From Actinomycetota bacterium (GTDB lineage Bacteria > Actinomycetota > Acidimicrobiia > IMCC26256 > PALSA-555), in NCBI GenBank assembly GCA_016870595.1, contig VGBI01000001.1, positions 3,469-67,468 on the forward strand: a stretch of DNA of 64,000 bases, read 5' to 3'. Each line of letters begins with the position of its first letter. Positions within the stretch are counted from its first letter, which is position 1. Below, in pieces: positions 28,463 through 37,747 of the stretch. A model generated the notes under the pieces. That model made no database searches. It saw only the letters and a program-made list of their open reading frames with translations, and was not told the origin of the DNA. The position numbers and the translations under genes were made by a program.

Positions 28463-29401
28463 GTGAGCGCAGGCGCCACCGTCGCCGTCCGGGAGGCGGC
28501 GACCGTGATGCTGATGCGGGACGCGCCGGCGATCCCGCGACGGGATGCACCGTCGGATGCACCGTCGGGTGCGCCGTCCGACCGTCCCGGTCCGGGGGTC
28601 GGCTCCGGGGTGGGTCCGGGGGTCGAGGTCTTCATGCAGCGGCGCCACCCCGCGTCGACCTTCGTGCCCGGGGCCTACGTCTTCCCCGGTGGGCGCGTCG
28701 ACCCGGGCGACGCCGACCCCCGACTCCCTGCGGCCGGCTTCGACGCAGCGGGCGCCGACGCAGCCTGCGGCGGCCCGGGTGCCGTCCGCTTCTTCGTCGC
28801 CGCGGTCCGCGAGGCGTTCGAGGAAGCCGGAGTCCTGTTGGCCCGGCACCGCCGCGACGGGACGCCGTTCGACGCCGGGGCCGACCGGGTCGGTCTCGCA
28901 GCCGCACGCGCGCGACTGCTGCGCGCGCAGGGAGACCTCGCGGACGAGCTCGGCGCGCTCGACGCCGTGCTCGACCTCGGTGCGCTCGTGCCGTTCGGCC
29001 GCTGGATCACGCCGATCGGGGCACCGAAGCGCTACGACACCTGGTTCTTCGTCGCCTCGGCCCCGGACGGACACACCTACGCCCACGACGACGTGGCGAC
29101 CGGTGAGATGGTGGCGTCGGAGTGGGTCCGCCCGGCCGACGCGCTGGCCCGCGCGCGTGACGGTGCGATCGAGCTGATCTACCCGACCATCCGCTCGCTG
29201 CTCGTCCTCGCCCGCTTCCCGTCGGCCGACGCGGTCGTCGCCGCGGCCCGGGGCCGGTGGCGTCGGCCGGAGCCCCTGCGGGTCTTGGACCCCGACGGCG
29301 GGTGGCAGCTCGACCTCACGACCGACGCCGAGCACGTGGCCGACGACGCCGCGTCCGGCTTCGTGATGCGAATGGGTCCACCCCCGGCCGGAGCCGAGTG
29401 A
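28463..29401 (+). CDS. NUDIX-family hydrolase with a low-complexity insert
   Basis: 312 aa. Nudix-box-like GGRVDPGD...AAVREAFEEAGVLL. The insert DAPSDAPSGAPSDRPGPGVGSGVGPG is encoded by about 12-bp repeats around 28546-28590. Confidence 0.6.
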   Translation: MSAGATVAVREAATVMLMRDAPAIPRRDAPSDAPSGAPSDRPGPGVGSGVGPGVEVFMQRRHPASTFVPGAYVFPGGRVDPGDADPRLPAAGFDAAGADAACGGPGAVRFFVAAVREAFEEAGVLLARHRRDGTPFDAGADRVGLAAARARLLRAQGDLADELGALDAVLDLGALVPFGRWITPIGAPKRYDTWFFVASAPDGHTYAHDDVATGEMVASEWVRPADALARARDGAIELIYPTIRSLLVLARFPSADAVVAAARGRWRRPEPLRVLDPDGGWQLDLTTDAEHVADDAASGFVMRMGPPPAGAE

Positions 29402-29402
29402 C

Positions 29403-30239
29403 GTGCCCGACCTGACCCCGGGCGTGGCGAGCGCACTGTCGCCGCTGGTCCGGCGCATCGTCGCCCCGAACCCGGGTCCGTTCACCGGTCCCGGCACCAA
29501 CACCTATCTCGTGGGCATCGACGAGGTCGCGGTCATCGACCCGGGACCCGACGACGCCGGTCACGTCGAAGCGATCGTGGGCGCGGCGATGCCCGAGCGC
29601 ATCAAGTGGGTGCTGCTCACGCACTTCCATCCCGACCACCTCCCCGCCACGGCCCGGCTGGTCGCCCGGACCGGTGCCGAGGTGGTCGCCTCGACCCGTC
29701 GGCTCCCGAAGGACGCCGACGCCGTGGTCGACCGGGTGCTGCGCGACGGCGACACGGTGGAGGGCACGGAGTTCGGCCTCGAGGCGCTCGTGACCCCGGG
29801 TCACGCCCCCGAGCACCTGTGCTTCCTGCTCGAGGAGGAGCGCACCCTCTTCTCGGGCGACGTCGTGCTCGGCGGCATGTACTCGGTCGTGAACCCACGG
29901 CGGGGCGGTGACATGGCGGTGTACGTGGCGACCCTGCAGCGGCTCGAGCGGCTCCGCCTCACCCGCATCGCCCCGGCCCACGGGGAGGCGATCGACGACC
30001 CCCGCGCCACGATCCGCGACTACCTCGACCACCGAGCGTCCCGCGAGGCGCAGGTGCGCGCGCTCCTCGCCGAGCGGCCCCACAAGGTCGCCGAGCTCGT
30101 AGCCCGCATCTACGGCGGTGCCGACCTCCCCCCCGAGCTCGTCACCGCCGCCGGGTGGCAGGTGCTCGCGCACCTCCAGGCGCTCAAGGCCGCGGGTGAG
30201 GTCACCGGGACGGCCCGCTCGGCCTGGCACAGGGTCTGA
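29403..30239 (+). CDS. MBL-fold metallo-hydrolase
   Basis: 278 aa. Pattern NTYLVG...AVIDPG...LLTHFHPDH...TPGHAPEH. Confidence 0.8.
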   Translation: MPDLTPGVASALSPLVRRIVAPNPGPFTGPGTNTYLVGIDEVAVIDPGPDDAGHVEAIVGAAMPERIKWVLLTHFHPDHLPATARLVARTGAEVVASTRRLPKDADAVVDRVLRDGDTVEGTEFGLEALVTPGHAPEHLCFLLEEERTLFSGDVVLGGMYSVVNPRRGGDMAVYVATLQRLERLRLTRIAPAHGEAIDDPRATIRDYLDHRASREAQVRALLAERPHKVAELVARIYGGADLPPELVTAAGWQVLAHLQALKAAGEVTGTARSAWHRV

Positions 30240-30242
30240 CCC

Positions 30243-30265
30243 GGTCGGCGTCGCGCGCGCCGACC
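30243..30265 (+). terminator. GC hairpin after the MBL gene
   Basis: ggtcggcg-tcgcgcg-cgccgacc: an 8-bp stem starting 4 nt after the stop codon. Confidence 0.4.
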
Positions 30266-30332
30266 CCGGTGACGGGCCGACCGGGGGCCATGGTCCCCGA
30301 CCCGGGTCGAAGGACCCTGGTGACGCATCCGA

Positions 30333-30355
30333 CCGGGCCCCATCATGGGGCCCGG
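30333..30355 (-). terminator. GC hairpin after mrp
   Basis: ccgggcccc-atcat-ggggcccgg: a 9-bp stem, 2 nt beyond the mrp stop codon (30358-30360). Confidence 0.45.
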
Positions 30356-30357
30356 TC

Positions 30358-31611
30358 TCACCGGTTCGGGGGGGTGGTCGGACCGGGAGATGCGGCGAGG
30401 TTGGCCGTTGCCAACTCGAGGATCCGAGCGGTGCAGCCGCTCATCTCCACGGGTGGGAGCAGATCCTCGACGACGCGGGTCGCCAGGGTGTGGAACGCCG
30501 ATCCGGCAGGACTCTCCGGGTTGGTCAGCGCCAGCGGGCGGCCCGCGTCGCCGCCGCGTGAGACGTCGGGCTCGAGCGGGATCTGGGCCACGAGCGGCAC
30601 CCCTACCTCCTCGGCCAGGGCCGCGCCGCCCCCCTCGCCGAACACGGCGAAGCGCTCGCCGGACGGGGTCACGAACGCGTGCATGTTCTCGACCACGCCG
30701 ATGACCTTCATGTACGAGCGCCGGGCCATGTCGGCCACGCGGGTGGCGACCTTCTGGGCGCCGATCGCCGGGGTGGTGACCACGAGCATCTCGGCCTGGG
30801 GGAGCATGCGGGCCAGGCCCATCTGGATGTCGCCGGTGCCGGGGGGCATGTCGACGAGCAGGTAGTCGAGGTCCCCCCAGCGCACGTCCTTGAGGAACTG
30901 CTCGACCGCCTTCGTGAGGATGAGGCCGCGCCACATGAGCGCCGAGGTCTCGTCGTCGACGAGGAAGCCCATCGACACGACCTTCAGGAGCCCGGTGGGG
31001 GTGCCGTCGGCGCCCTCGACCGGGACCTCGTTGGGGTGGATCTTGCCGTCGGCCCCCGAGAGCCGGCCCTCGGCGCCGAGCATGCGGGGCACGGAGAAGC
31101 CCCAGATGTCGGCGTCGAGGATGCCGACGGTGAGGCCACGCGCCGCGAGCGCCGCCGCGAGGTTGACCGTGACCGAGGACTTGCCCACCCCGCCCTTGCC
31201 GCTCGCCACCGCGATCACCCGGGTGGTGGGGGCCACCTCGGTGGGCTCGGCGTGCTCGCGGGCGTTGAACCGGGCCCGGTCCATGGCCCGGGCCTTCTGC
31301 TCGGCGGTCATCTCGCCGTACTCGACCTTCACCGTGGCCACGCCGGGCAGGCCCGAGACCTTCGACTGGACGTCGGTCTTGATCTGGTGGCGCAGCGGGC
31401 AGCCCGCCGTGGTCAGGGCGACGACCACGGTGACCAGGCCGTCGTCGCCGATCCGGACGTCGTCGACCATCCCGAGGTCGACGATGCTGGCGTTGAGCTC
31501 GGGGTCCATGACCCCGGCGAGCATCCGCCGCACGGCCTCGGGCGTGGGCCGATCCGGGGTGGCGGGGACCGCAGCGGGGTCCGGGGCGGGGATGGGATCG
31601 GTGGTGTCCAC
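30358..31611 (-). CDS. mrp: Mrp/ApbC/NBP35-type Fe-S cluster carrier ATPase with N-terminal DUF59 domain
   Basis: 417 aa. Motifs DPELNASIVDLGMV, TTAGCPL and VASGKGGVGKSSVTVNLAAAL. Confidence 0.9.
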   Translation of the reverse strand: MDTTDPIPAPDPAAVPATPDRPTPEAVRRMLAGVMDPELNASIVDLGMVDDVRIGDDGLVTVVVALTTAGCPLRHQIKTDVQSKVSGLPGVATVKVEYGEMTAEQKARAMDRARFNAREHAEPTEVAPTTRVIAVASGKGGVGKSSVTVNLAAALAARGLTVGILDADIWGFSVPRMLGAEGRLSGADGKIHPNEVPVEGADGTPTGLLKVVSMGFLVDDETSALMWRGLILTKAVEQFLKDVRWGDLDYLLVDMPPGTGDIQMGLARMLPQAEMLVVTTPAIGAQKVATRVADMARRSYMKVIGVVENMHAFVTPSGERFAVFGEGGGAALAEEVGVPLVAQIPLEPDVSRGGDAGRPLALTNPESPAGSAFHTLATRVVEDLLPPVEMSGCTARILELATANLAASPGPTTPPNR

Positions 31612-31635
31612 GAGCCAATAAAACCAGGTTCGGTG

Positions 31636-31664
31636 TTGAAAATAGTCCCGGATCTCGGTACGGT
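31636..31664 (+). promoter_or_regulatory. candidate promoter giving a leaderless mRNA for the downstream HTH regulator
   Basis: TTGAAA (31636-41), 17 nt, TACGGT (31659-64). The GTG start at 31671 lies 7 nt after the -10. The surrounding 40 nt are unusually AT-rich for this window. Confidence 0.35.
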
Positions 31665-31670
31665 CAACGG

Positions 31671-32324
31671 GTGGACCTCCCGGTGCTCAAGGCCCTCGGC
31701 GACGAGACCCGCTACGCGATGTACCGCGAGCTCGCGACCTCGACCCGGCCGCTCTCGGCCCAGGACCTCGCCGAACGGCTCGGCCTCCACGCCAACACCG
31801 TGCGGCTCCACCTCGACCGGCTCCGCGAGACGGGTCTGGTGGAGGCCGAGGCCGTCCACCGGGGCACGGTCGGCCGTCCCCAGCACCTCTACTCGCTCGC
31901 CCCCGGTGCGCCGTCGCTGGGCGACCCGCCCGCCCACGTGCTCCTCGCCGGTCTCCTCGGGTCGCTGGCGGAGGCGGTCGGGGCCGAGGCGGGCGACGCC
32001 GCCGCCATCGGGGAGCGCTGGGGGGCCCAGCTCGCCCGGCGCACCCGGTCCCGGTCCTGCGTCGCCGTGCTGCACGACGAGCTCGACCGCCTCGGCTTCG
32101 AGCCCGCCGTCGGGCCCGGCGACGGCACCGCCGAGGGGGCGGTGCGGGTGGAGTTCCTCCACTGCCCGTTCCGGGAGCTGGCCGAGGCCTACCCCGACCT
32201 CGTGTGCAACCTGCACCGCGGGATCTGCGCCGGGGTGGTCGACGCCGCGGGCGGAGGTCGGGTGGCGGAGTTCGCCACCCTGTACGACCCGGAGCCGTGC
32301 CACGTCACTGTGGCCACTGGGTAG
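31671..32324 (+). CDS. ArsR-type winged-helix regulator with C-terminal Cys cluster (SufR-like)
   Basis: 217 aa. Pattern LKALGDETRYAMYRELA...AQDLAERLGLHANTVRLHLDRLRETGLV, with C-terminal FLHCPFRELAEAYPDLVCNLHRGICAG. Confidence 0.7.
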   Translation: MDLPVLKALGDETRYAMYRELATSTRPLSAQDLAERLGLHANTVRLHLDRLRETGLVEAEAVHRGTVGRPQHLYSLAPGAPSLGDPPAHVLLAGLLGSLAEAVGAEAGDAAAIGERWGAQLARRTRSRSCVAVLHDELDRLGFEPAVGPGDGTAEGAVRVEFLHCPFRELAEAYPDLVCNLHRGICAGVVDAAGGGRVAEFATLYDPEPCHVTVATG

Positions 32325-32361
32325 TCTGATCAGTTAGTCCGAGAAAGAAAGGCACACCGCC

Positions 32362-32718
32362 ATGTCGCTGTTCGCCGTGACCGACGCCAGCCAGGTGTTC
32401 ACCCTCACCGATGCCGCGGTCGAGAAGGTGCAGGGGCTGATCTCCGCCGAGGAGACCACCGACGACCTCGTGCTGCGGGTGGCGGTGCGACCCGGCGGGT
32501 GCTCGGGCTTCTCGTACGAGATGTTCTTCGACACCGACGTCGCCGACGACGACGTGCGCACCGAGTACGGCGCGGTGACCGTGGTGATCGACCCGGCCAG
32601 CCAGCCGCTGCTCAAGGGCGCCTCGCTCGACTACAAGGACGGGCTCCAGGGCGCTGGGTTCCACATCACGAACCCCAACGCCCAGCGCTCCTGCGGGTGC
32701 GGCCAGTCCTTCAGCTGA
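32362..32718 (+). CDS. erpA: HesB/IscA/ErpA-type Fe-S cluster insertion protein (Cys form)
   Basis: 118 aa. Motifs RVAVRPGGCSGFSY and C-terminal CGCGQSF. Confidence 0.9.
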   Translation: MSLFAVTDASQVFTLTDAAVEKVQGLISAEETTDDLVLRVAVRPGGCSGFSYEMFFDTDVADDDVRTEYGAVTVVIDPASQPLLKGASLDYKDGLQGAGFHITNPNAQRSCGCGQSFS

Positions 32719-32792
32719 GCCCACCGACCCGGGCCAGCCGACTCCGGTCCCGGTAGTCCGGCGTCCCCGTCGGCGTCGGTCGCTCGGCTCCG

Positions 32793-33641
32793 TCAACGGG
32801 TCAGACGGTCGAGCGCGCCGGTGACCTCGCCGGTGCTGAAGGCGCCGTCGAGGCGCTCGCGGATCCCGCCCGTCGCGTCGACGGTGTAGAACCACGGCTC
32901 GCTCGGCAGCCCCCACGCCTCGACCGTGGGAGCGACCGCGGCCCCGCGGGTCGACCGGTAGATCTCGACGTGCACCATCGCGACGCCCCGGTCCCGGTAC
33001 GGCCCCATCACGTCGAGCAGCTCGTCGAGCACGGGCCCGCAGTACTGCGACTGGCAGAGGGCCGGGGTCGCGAACATCACCGCCACCGGGCGGGTGCCGA
33101 TCACCTGGTCGAGCGACACGTCGTGCAGGGGGCAGGCGGGCCGCCGCGTGCAGATCGGGTCGACCCCGAGGGGAGCGGTGGGCGTGGGCGAGGCGGCCCG
33201 GGGCGCGGCGGCCCCGGCGACGGGCGCCTCGGGCGCGGGCTTCACCTGCACGGCGAAGGGCACGGTCCGCCCGTCGACCACCGCGCGAGCCGACCAGACG
33301 CCGGGCTCGGGGAACGTGGCGGCGGCGACGTAGATCCCGCGGCCGCGGGGGAGGCCGTCCTGCTCGAGGTCGGTGCGCAGGGTGGTGAAGGTCTTGGAAC
33401 CCGGCGGGGCGAAGGCGACGTCGGCCCGCCCGAACGACGCGTACCGCGCGCCCTTGGCGATCGCGAACACGAACCGCTGGGGCCCGGGCGTCGCGTGGAG
33501 GTCGCTCGACAGCACCAGCGGGGAGATCGCCTTGCGGGCCGCCCCGGCCGGCGCCGCGCCGAGCCCGAGGGTGGCGACGGTGAGGGCGGCCCCGGCGCTC
33601 CCCGCGAGGAAGGTGCGTCGGGAGACCGGGTTCGGCGTCAT
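32793..33641 (-). CDS. Tat-exported protein with C-terminal thioredoxin-like domain
   Basis: 282 aa. Twin-arginine signal SRRTFLAGSAGAAL. The C-terminal half has VAVMFATPALCQSQYCGP and WFYTVDATGGI. Confidence 0.6.
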   Translation of the reverse strand: MTPNPVSRRTFLAGSAGAALTVATLGLGAAPAGAARKAISPLVLSSDLHATPGPQRFVFAIAKGARYASFGRADVAFAPPGSKTFTTLRTDLEQDGLPRGRGIYVAAATFPEPGVWSARAVVDGRTVPFAVQVKPAPEAPVAGAAAPRAASPTPTAPLGVDPICTRRPACPLHDVSLDQVIGTRPVAVMFATPALCQSQYCGPVLDELLDVMGPYRDRGVAMVHVEIYRSTRGAAVAPTVEAWGLPSEPWFYTVDATGGIRERLDGAFSTGEVTGALDRLTR

Positions 33642-33661
33642 CGCTCCTATCCTGCCCGGTC

Positions 33662-35353
33662 GTGGACGCAGCGGGTGATCGGGTGGCCTTCGTGTGTGAC
33701 GGACGGCCGGTCGAGGCCGACTGCCGTCCCGGGGAGTCCCTGCTCACGGTCCTGCGCGAGCACCTCGGGATCACGGCGGTCAAGGACGGGTGCGCGCCGC
33801 AGGGGCAGTGTGGATGCTGCACCGTGTGGATCGACGGGGAGCCCCGGGTCGCCTGCGTGACCCCGGCCGAGCGGGTGGCGGGACGGGCGGTCACCACCCC
33901 GGCGGGCCTCGACCCCGACCTGCGCGACCGGCTGGCCGATGCGCTGCTGGCCACCGGGGGCTCGCAGTGCGGGTTCTGCACTCCGGGGATCGTGATGCGC
34001 CTCGCGGCGATGCTCGACCGCGGCCGCTGCGGACGGACCGACGTCGACCGCGCCCTCGCCGCGCACCTCTGTCGCTGCACGGGGTGGCAGACGATCGTGG
34101 AGGCCGTCGGTGTGGTCACCGAGCCGCCGCCGCGCGCCCTCGACCCCGCCACCGCCCGCGCGACGGCCGAGACCGGTGGACCCCAGACGGTGGCCCCCAG
34201 CGTGCCCCTCGGCGCGGGTGGGTTCGCCGACGACACGGCGCCCCGCGACGCGTTGGTGGCGGTGCCGCTGCCGCCGGGGGTCGACCCCGACGCGGTCGGG
34301 GCCCAGACGGCCGCCGGGACGTGGTGGGTGGTCGACGCGACCCTGACCGAGGCGCGGGGTCGGGCCGGGAAGTTGCAGGGGCGCCGCACCACCCGCGACG
34401 CGACGCCGCCACTCACGCCGCCGCTGGTCGACGCCCCGCCCCACGCGGTCCGGCTCGCGACGGGCTGGGTGGAGCCGGCCTACCTCGAGCCCGACGCCTC
34501 GTGGTGCGCGCCGGACGCGACCCCGGCGAGCCCGCTCGCCAACGGCGGTGCGTTCGGTGGGAAGCAGGGGTCCCTCGCCCCGGCCGCCGCGCGCGAGCTC
34601 GCCGACCGGCTCGGGCGCGCCGTCCGGGTCGTGTACTCGCGTGAGGACACCGTGCGCCTGGGGCCCAAGCGACCTCCGATTGCGGCGGCGGCGTGGGTCG
34701 ACGGCGATCGGGTCCGCATCCGGGGGCGGGTCGCCAACGCCGACTGGTCGGGACCGGCGGCGACGGGACCGGCGGGCCTCGACGCCGAGTGGGTCACGGT
34801 GCCGGCCCCGGGGCCCCCGGTGGGCGCGGCCCGCGCCGGGCGGTGGGCGGAGGAGGCGGTGCTCGTGGCCGGAGCCCGCCACGCCGCCGGTCTGGCCCCC
34901 GAGGGTCCGCTCGCCGCGCGCGTGACCGGGCCCACCGGCGCGATCGGCGACGCGCGGGTCCACGTCGACGCGGCGCGTGGCGTCATCACCCGGGTGGAGG
35001 TGCAGGTGGACGCCGGCGACCCCCTCGACGCCGTGGTCCTCCGGGCGTACTGCATCGGCGCGACGCACATGGCGCTGGGGTGGGTGTGCACGGAGAGCCT
35101 CGCCGTCGATCCCGAGACCGGCGCCGTGCTCGACCTCACCATCCGGTCGTTCGGGATCGTGCGGCCGGCGGTCGTGCCGCCGGTCGAGGTGACCATCGTC
35201 GCCGGTGACGGTCCGCCCCGGGCCCAGGCGTCCGACGCCGTGTTCGCCGCGGTTGCCGCGGCGACCTGGAACGCGCTGGCCGATCTCGACGGTGGGCATC
35301 CCGACCGGTGGCCGGCGCTGCACACCGGCCCGGGCCGCGCCCTGCGCCGCTGA
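33662..35353 (+). CDS. fused [2Fe-2S] (CoxS-like) / shortened molybdopterin-binding (CoxL-like) xanthine-dehydrogenase-family protein
   Basis: 563 aa. N-terminus has CAPQGQCGCCTV, CGFCTPG and CRCTGW. The remainder has AYLEPDAS, GGAFGGK and VRVVYSREDT, plus a C-terminal IGATHMALGW region. Confidence 0.65.
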   Translation: MDAAGDRVAFVCDGRPVEADCRPGESLLTVLREHLGITAVKDGCAPQGQCGCCTVWIDGEPRVACVTPAERVAGRAVTTPAGLDPDLRDRLADALLATGGSQCGFCTPGIVMRLAAMLDRGRCGRTDVDRALAAHLCRCTGWQTIVEAVGVVTEPPPRALDPATARATAETGGPQTVAPSVPLGAGGFADDTAPRDALVAVPLPPGVDPDAVGAQTAAGTWWVVDATLTEARGRAGKLQGRRTTRDATPPLTPPLVDAPPHAVRLATGWVEPAYLEPDASWCAPDATPASPLANGGAFGGKQGSLAPAAARELADRLGRAVRVVYSREDTVRLGPKRPPIAAAAWVDGDRVRIRGRVANADWSGPAATGPAGLDAEWVTVPAPGPPVGAARAGRWAEEAVLVAGARHAAGLAPEGPLAARVTGPTGAIGDARVHVDAARGVITRVEVQVDAGDPLDAVVLRAYCIGATHMALGWVCTESLAVDPETGAVLDLTIRSFGIVRPAVVPPVEVTIVAGDGPPRAQASDAVFAAVAAATWNALADLDGGHPDRWPALHTGPGRALRR

Positions 35354-35393
35354 GACCCCCGGTCCGGCGACGGGTCGGTGCTACGGTGCGGCC

Positions 35394-35540
35394 ATGGCCG
35401 GAGGCATCGTCATCGTGATCGTGATGCTCCTCGTGATCCCGGTCGGGGTCATGCTCGGCGGCGCCGTCTGGAGCGCGCTGTTCGGGTGGATGGAGACCCG
35501 TGACGCCGCCGAGAAGGCCGCCACCGGCACCGAGGCCTGA
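35394..35540 (+). CDS. possible 48-aa single-TM protein
   Basis: MAGGIVIVIVMLLVIPVGVMLGGAVWSALFGWMETRDAAEKAATGTEA. Internal ATG of track ORF 35205..35540. Weak SD. Confidence 0.3.
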   Translation: MAGGIVIVIVMLLVIPVGVMLGGAVWSALFGWMETRDAAEKAATGTEA

Positions 35541-35564
35541 GGACCGGGCCCGGATTCGGGCCGA

Positions 35565-36263
35565 TCAGGGCGCCGACTCGCCGCCCGCCGTGCGGCTCTG
35601 GCCGAACCGGTAGCCCACCGAGCGGACGGTCTGGATCAGGCCCGCGTGCTCCTCGCCGAGCTTGGCCCGCAGCCGCCGCACGTGCACGTCGACCGTGCGG
35701 GCGCCGCCGTAGTACTCGTACCCCCACACCCGCGACAGCAGCTGCTCCCGGGTGAAGACCTTGCCCGGATGGGTGGAGAAGAACTTCAGCAGCTCGTACT
35801 CCATGTAGGTGAGGTCGAGCGGCCGGTGGGCCAGGGCGGCCTGATAGGTCTCGAGGTTGAGCACGAGATCCCCGTACTCGACCAGCTCGGCGGTCGCGGC
35901 CCGGCCCGTGCGCCAGAGCAGGTGGCGCAGGCGGGCCTCGAGCTCGGCGGGGTGGAACGGTGCGAGGCAGAAGTCGTCGAACAGGTCCTCACGGTGCTCG
36001 AGGTCGGCCAGGCGACCCCCGCTCACGAGGAGCAGCACCGGCGTGAACGACGCGTCGCGGCGGCGCAGCGACCGGCAGATCACGAACGCGCCCTCGGGGT
36101 CCTCGTCGGCCACGACGATCGCGCCGCCCCAGCCGTCGGCGGGTTCGTGCTGGGTCGCGACGGAGGCGTTGGTGACGGCCTTCCACGCGTGACCACCGAG
36201 GTCGAGCGTCTGCGCGAGCAGCGGCGGCGGCGGGTCGGGGAAGACGAGGAGCGGTGCGGCCAT
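35565..36263 (-). CDS. glnR: GlnR-like OmpR-family regulator with atypical receiver domain
   Basis: 232 aa. The C-terminus LTYMEYELLKFFSTHPGKVFTREQLLSRVWGYEYYGGARTVDVHVRRLRAKLGEEHAGLIQTVRSVGYRF closely resembles Streptomyces GlnR as I remember it. Adjacent to glnA genes. Confidence 0.7.
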   Translation of the reverse strand: MAAPLLVFPDPPPPLLAQTLDLGGHAWKAVTNASVATQHEPADGWGGAIVVADEDPEGAFVICRSLRRRDASFTPVLLLVSGGRLADLEHREDLFDDFCLAPFHPAELEARLRHLLWRTGRAATAELVEYGDLVLNLETYQAALAHRPLDLTYMEYELLKFFSTHPGKVFTREQLLSRVWGYEYYGGARTVDVHVRRLRAKLGEEHAGLIQTVRSVGYRFGQSRTAGGESAP

Positions 36264-36285
36264 GGTCGGAGCGGTCCGGCGGGTC

Positions 36286-37626
36286 TCAGAGCGACCCGAG
36301 GTAGCGGTCGACCTCCCAGGGGGTGACCTGGGCGGTGTACTCGGCCCACTCGCGACGCTTGTTGCGCACGAAGTACTCGAACACGTGCTCCCCGAGCGCC
36401 TCGGCGACGAGATCGGAGCCCTCCATGACGTCGATGGCCTCGGCCAGGGAGCCGGGGAGGCGGCCGATGCCCTCCACCGCCCGTTCGTCGTCGGTCATCT
36501 CGTAGATGTTGTTGGTCGCAGCGGGCGGGAGCTCGTAGCCCTCCTCGATCCCGCGCAGTCCGGCGGCGAGCATCACGGAGAACGCCAGGTACGGGTTGCA
36601 GGCCGGGTCGGGTGAGCGGAACTCGACCCGGGTCGAGCTCTCCTTGCCCCGCTTCGGCACGGGCACCCGCACGAGGGCCGACGAGTTGTTCCGGGCCCAG
36701 CAGATGTGCACCGGCGCCTCGTAGCCCTCGATCAGGCGCTTGTAGGAGTTCACCGTCTGGTTGGTGACCGCGGTGAGCTCGCGCGTGTGGTGCAGCAGTC
36801 CGGCGATGAAGTGCTTGGCCACCTTCGAGAGGCCGTTCGGATCGCCGGCGTCGTGGAACGCGTTGACGTCGCCCTCGAACAGGGAGAGGTGGGTGTGCAT
36901 GCCGGACCCGAACGCGCCCGCGATCGGCTTGGGCATGAAGGTCGCGTACACGCCGAGGTTGCGGGCGACCTCCTTCACCACGATGCGGAAGGTCATGATG
37001 TTGTCGGCCATCGTGAGCGCGTCGGTGTGGCGCAGGTCGATCTCGTGCTGGCTCGGCGCGATCTCGTGGTGGCTGTACTCGCACGGGATGCCCATCGCCT
37101 CGAGCGTGAGGATCGTCTGGCGCCGCAGGTCGGAGGCCAGGTCCATCTCGGTGAGGTCGAAGTAGCCGGCCCGGTCGAGCGGCTCGGGGGCGTCGGACGA
37201 CGCGAAGTAGAAGAACTCCATCTCGGGGCTCGCGTAGAACGTGAAGCCCTTCTCGCGGGCCCGCTCGAGGTTCCGACGCAGCACCTGGCGGGGATCACCC
37301 TCGAACGGCTCGCCGGAGAGGTGGTGGATGTCGCAGTACATGCGGGCGACGGGCGCAGCGGCCCCCTCGTCGCCGCCGCTGCGCCACGGCAGGATCTCGA
37401 AGGTGTTGGGGTCGGGCACGGCGAGCATGTCGGATTCCTGGATCCGGCTGTAGCCCTCGATCGCGGACCCGTCGAAGGTCATTCCCTCCTCGAGCGCGTT
37501 CTCGAGCTCGGCCGGGGTGATCGCGAAGCTCTTGAGCTGCCCGAGGACGTCGGTGAACCACATGCGCACGAGGCGCACACCCCGCTCCTCGACCGTCCGG
37601 AGCACGTAGTCGAGCTGCTGCTGCAT
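36286..37626 (-). CDS. glnA2: glutamine synthetase, GlnA2-type (no adenylylation-site motif)
   Basis: 446 aa. Motifs RMWFTDVLGQLKSF, GMHTHLSLF and NSYKRL. Lacks the NLYDLP-type Tyr loop. Confidence 0.9.
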   Translation of the reverse strand: MQQQLDYVLRTVEERGVRLVRMWFTDVLGQLKSFAITPAELENALEEGMTFDGSAIEGYSRIQESDMLAVPDPNTFEILPWRSGGDEGAAAPVARMYCDIHHLSGEPFEGDPRQVLRRNLERAREKGFTFYASPEMEFFYFASSDAPEPLDRAGYFDLTEMDLASDLRRQTILTLEAMGIPCEYSHHEIAPSQHEIDLRHTDALTMADNIMTFRIVVKEVARNLGVYATFMPKPIAGAFGSGMHTHLSLFEGDVNAFHDAGDPNGLSKVAKHFIAGLLHHTRELTAVTNQTVNSYKRLIEGYEAPVHICWARNNSSALVRVPVPKRGKESSTRVEFRSPDPACNPYLAFSVMLAAGLRGIEEGYELPPAATNNIYEMTDDERAVEGIGRLPGSLAEAIDVMEGSDLVAEALGEHVFEYFVRNKRREWAEYTAQVTPWEVDRYLGSL

Positions 37627-37709
37627 TCCGTCAGTCTGACAGGTCGGCCGCCGACGGTGTCCGGGCCGGGGTGCCCCGGAACACCCGGATCCCGCGGTTC
37701 CCGGGGCTG

Positions 37710-37747
37710 TTCACACGCCGTTCACATCGCGGCAACAGGAGGGAAAC
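37710..37747 (+). promoter_or_regulatory. GlnR-box-like operator: four 5-nt sites with 6-nt spacers
   Basis: TTCAC-acgccg-TTCAC-atcgcg-GCAAC-aggagg-GAAAC at 37710-37747, 75 nt upstream of glnA1. Same architecture as the gTnAc-n6-GaAAc-n6-gTnAc-n6-GaAAc box described for Streptomyces GlnR. Confidence 0.5.

Noticed and set aside
24538-28635. 1365-aa minus-strand Arg/Pro-rich ORF
   Set aside because: It is off-frame or antisense to NfeD, selB and selA, which all have clear family motifs. The sequence is low-complexity RRGRP-type.
32362-32718. HesB/ErpA gene as a second selenoprotein (HesB-like selenoproteins exist)
   Set aside because: The ORF is uninterrupted and carries Cys at all three ligand positions (GGCSGF and CGCG).
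32793-33641. Tat-exported thioredoxin-like protein as a selenoprotein
   Set aside because: There is no in-frame TGA. The motif is CQSQYC with Cys codons.
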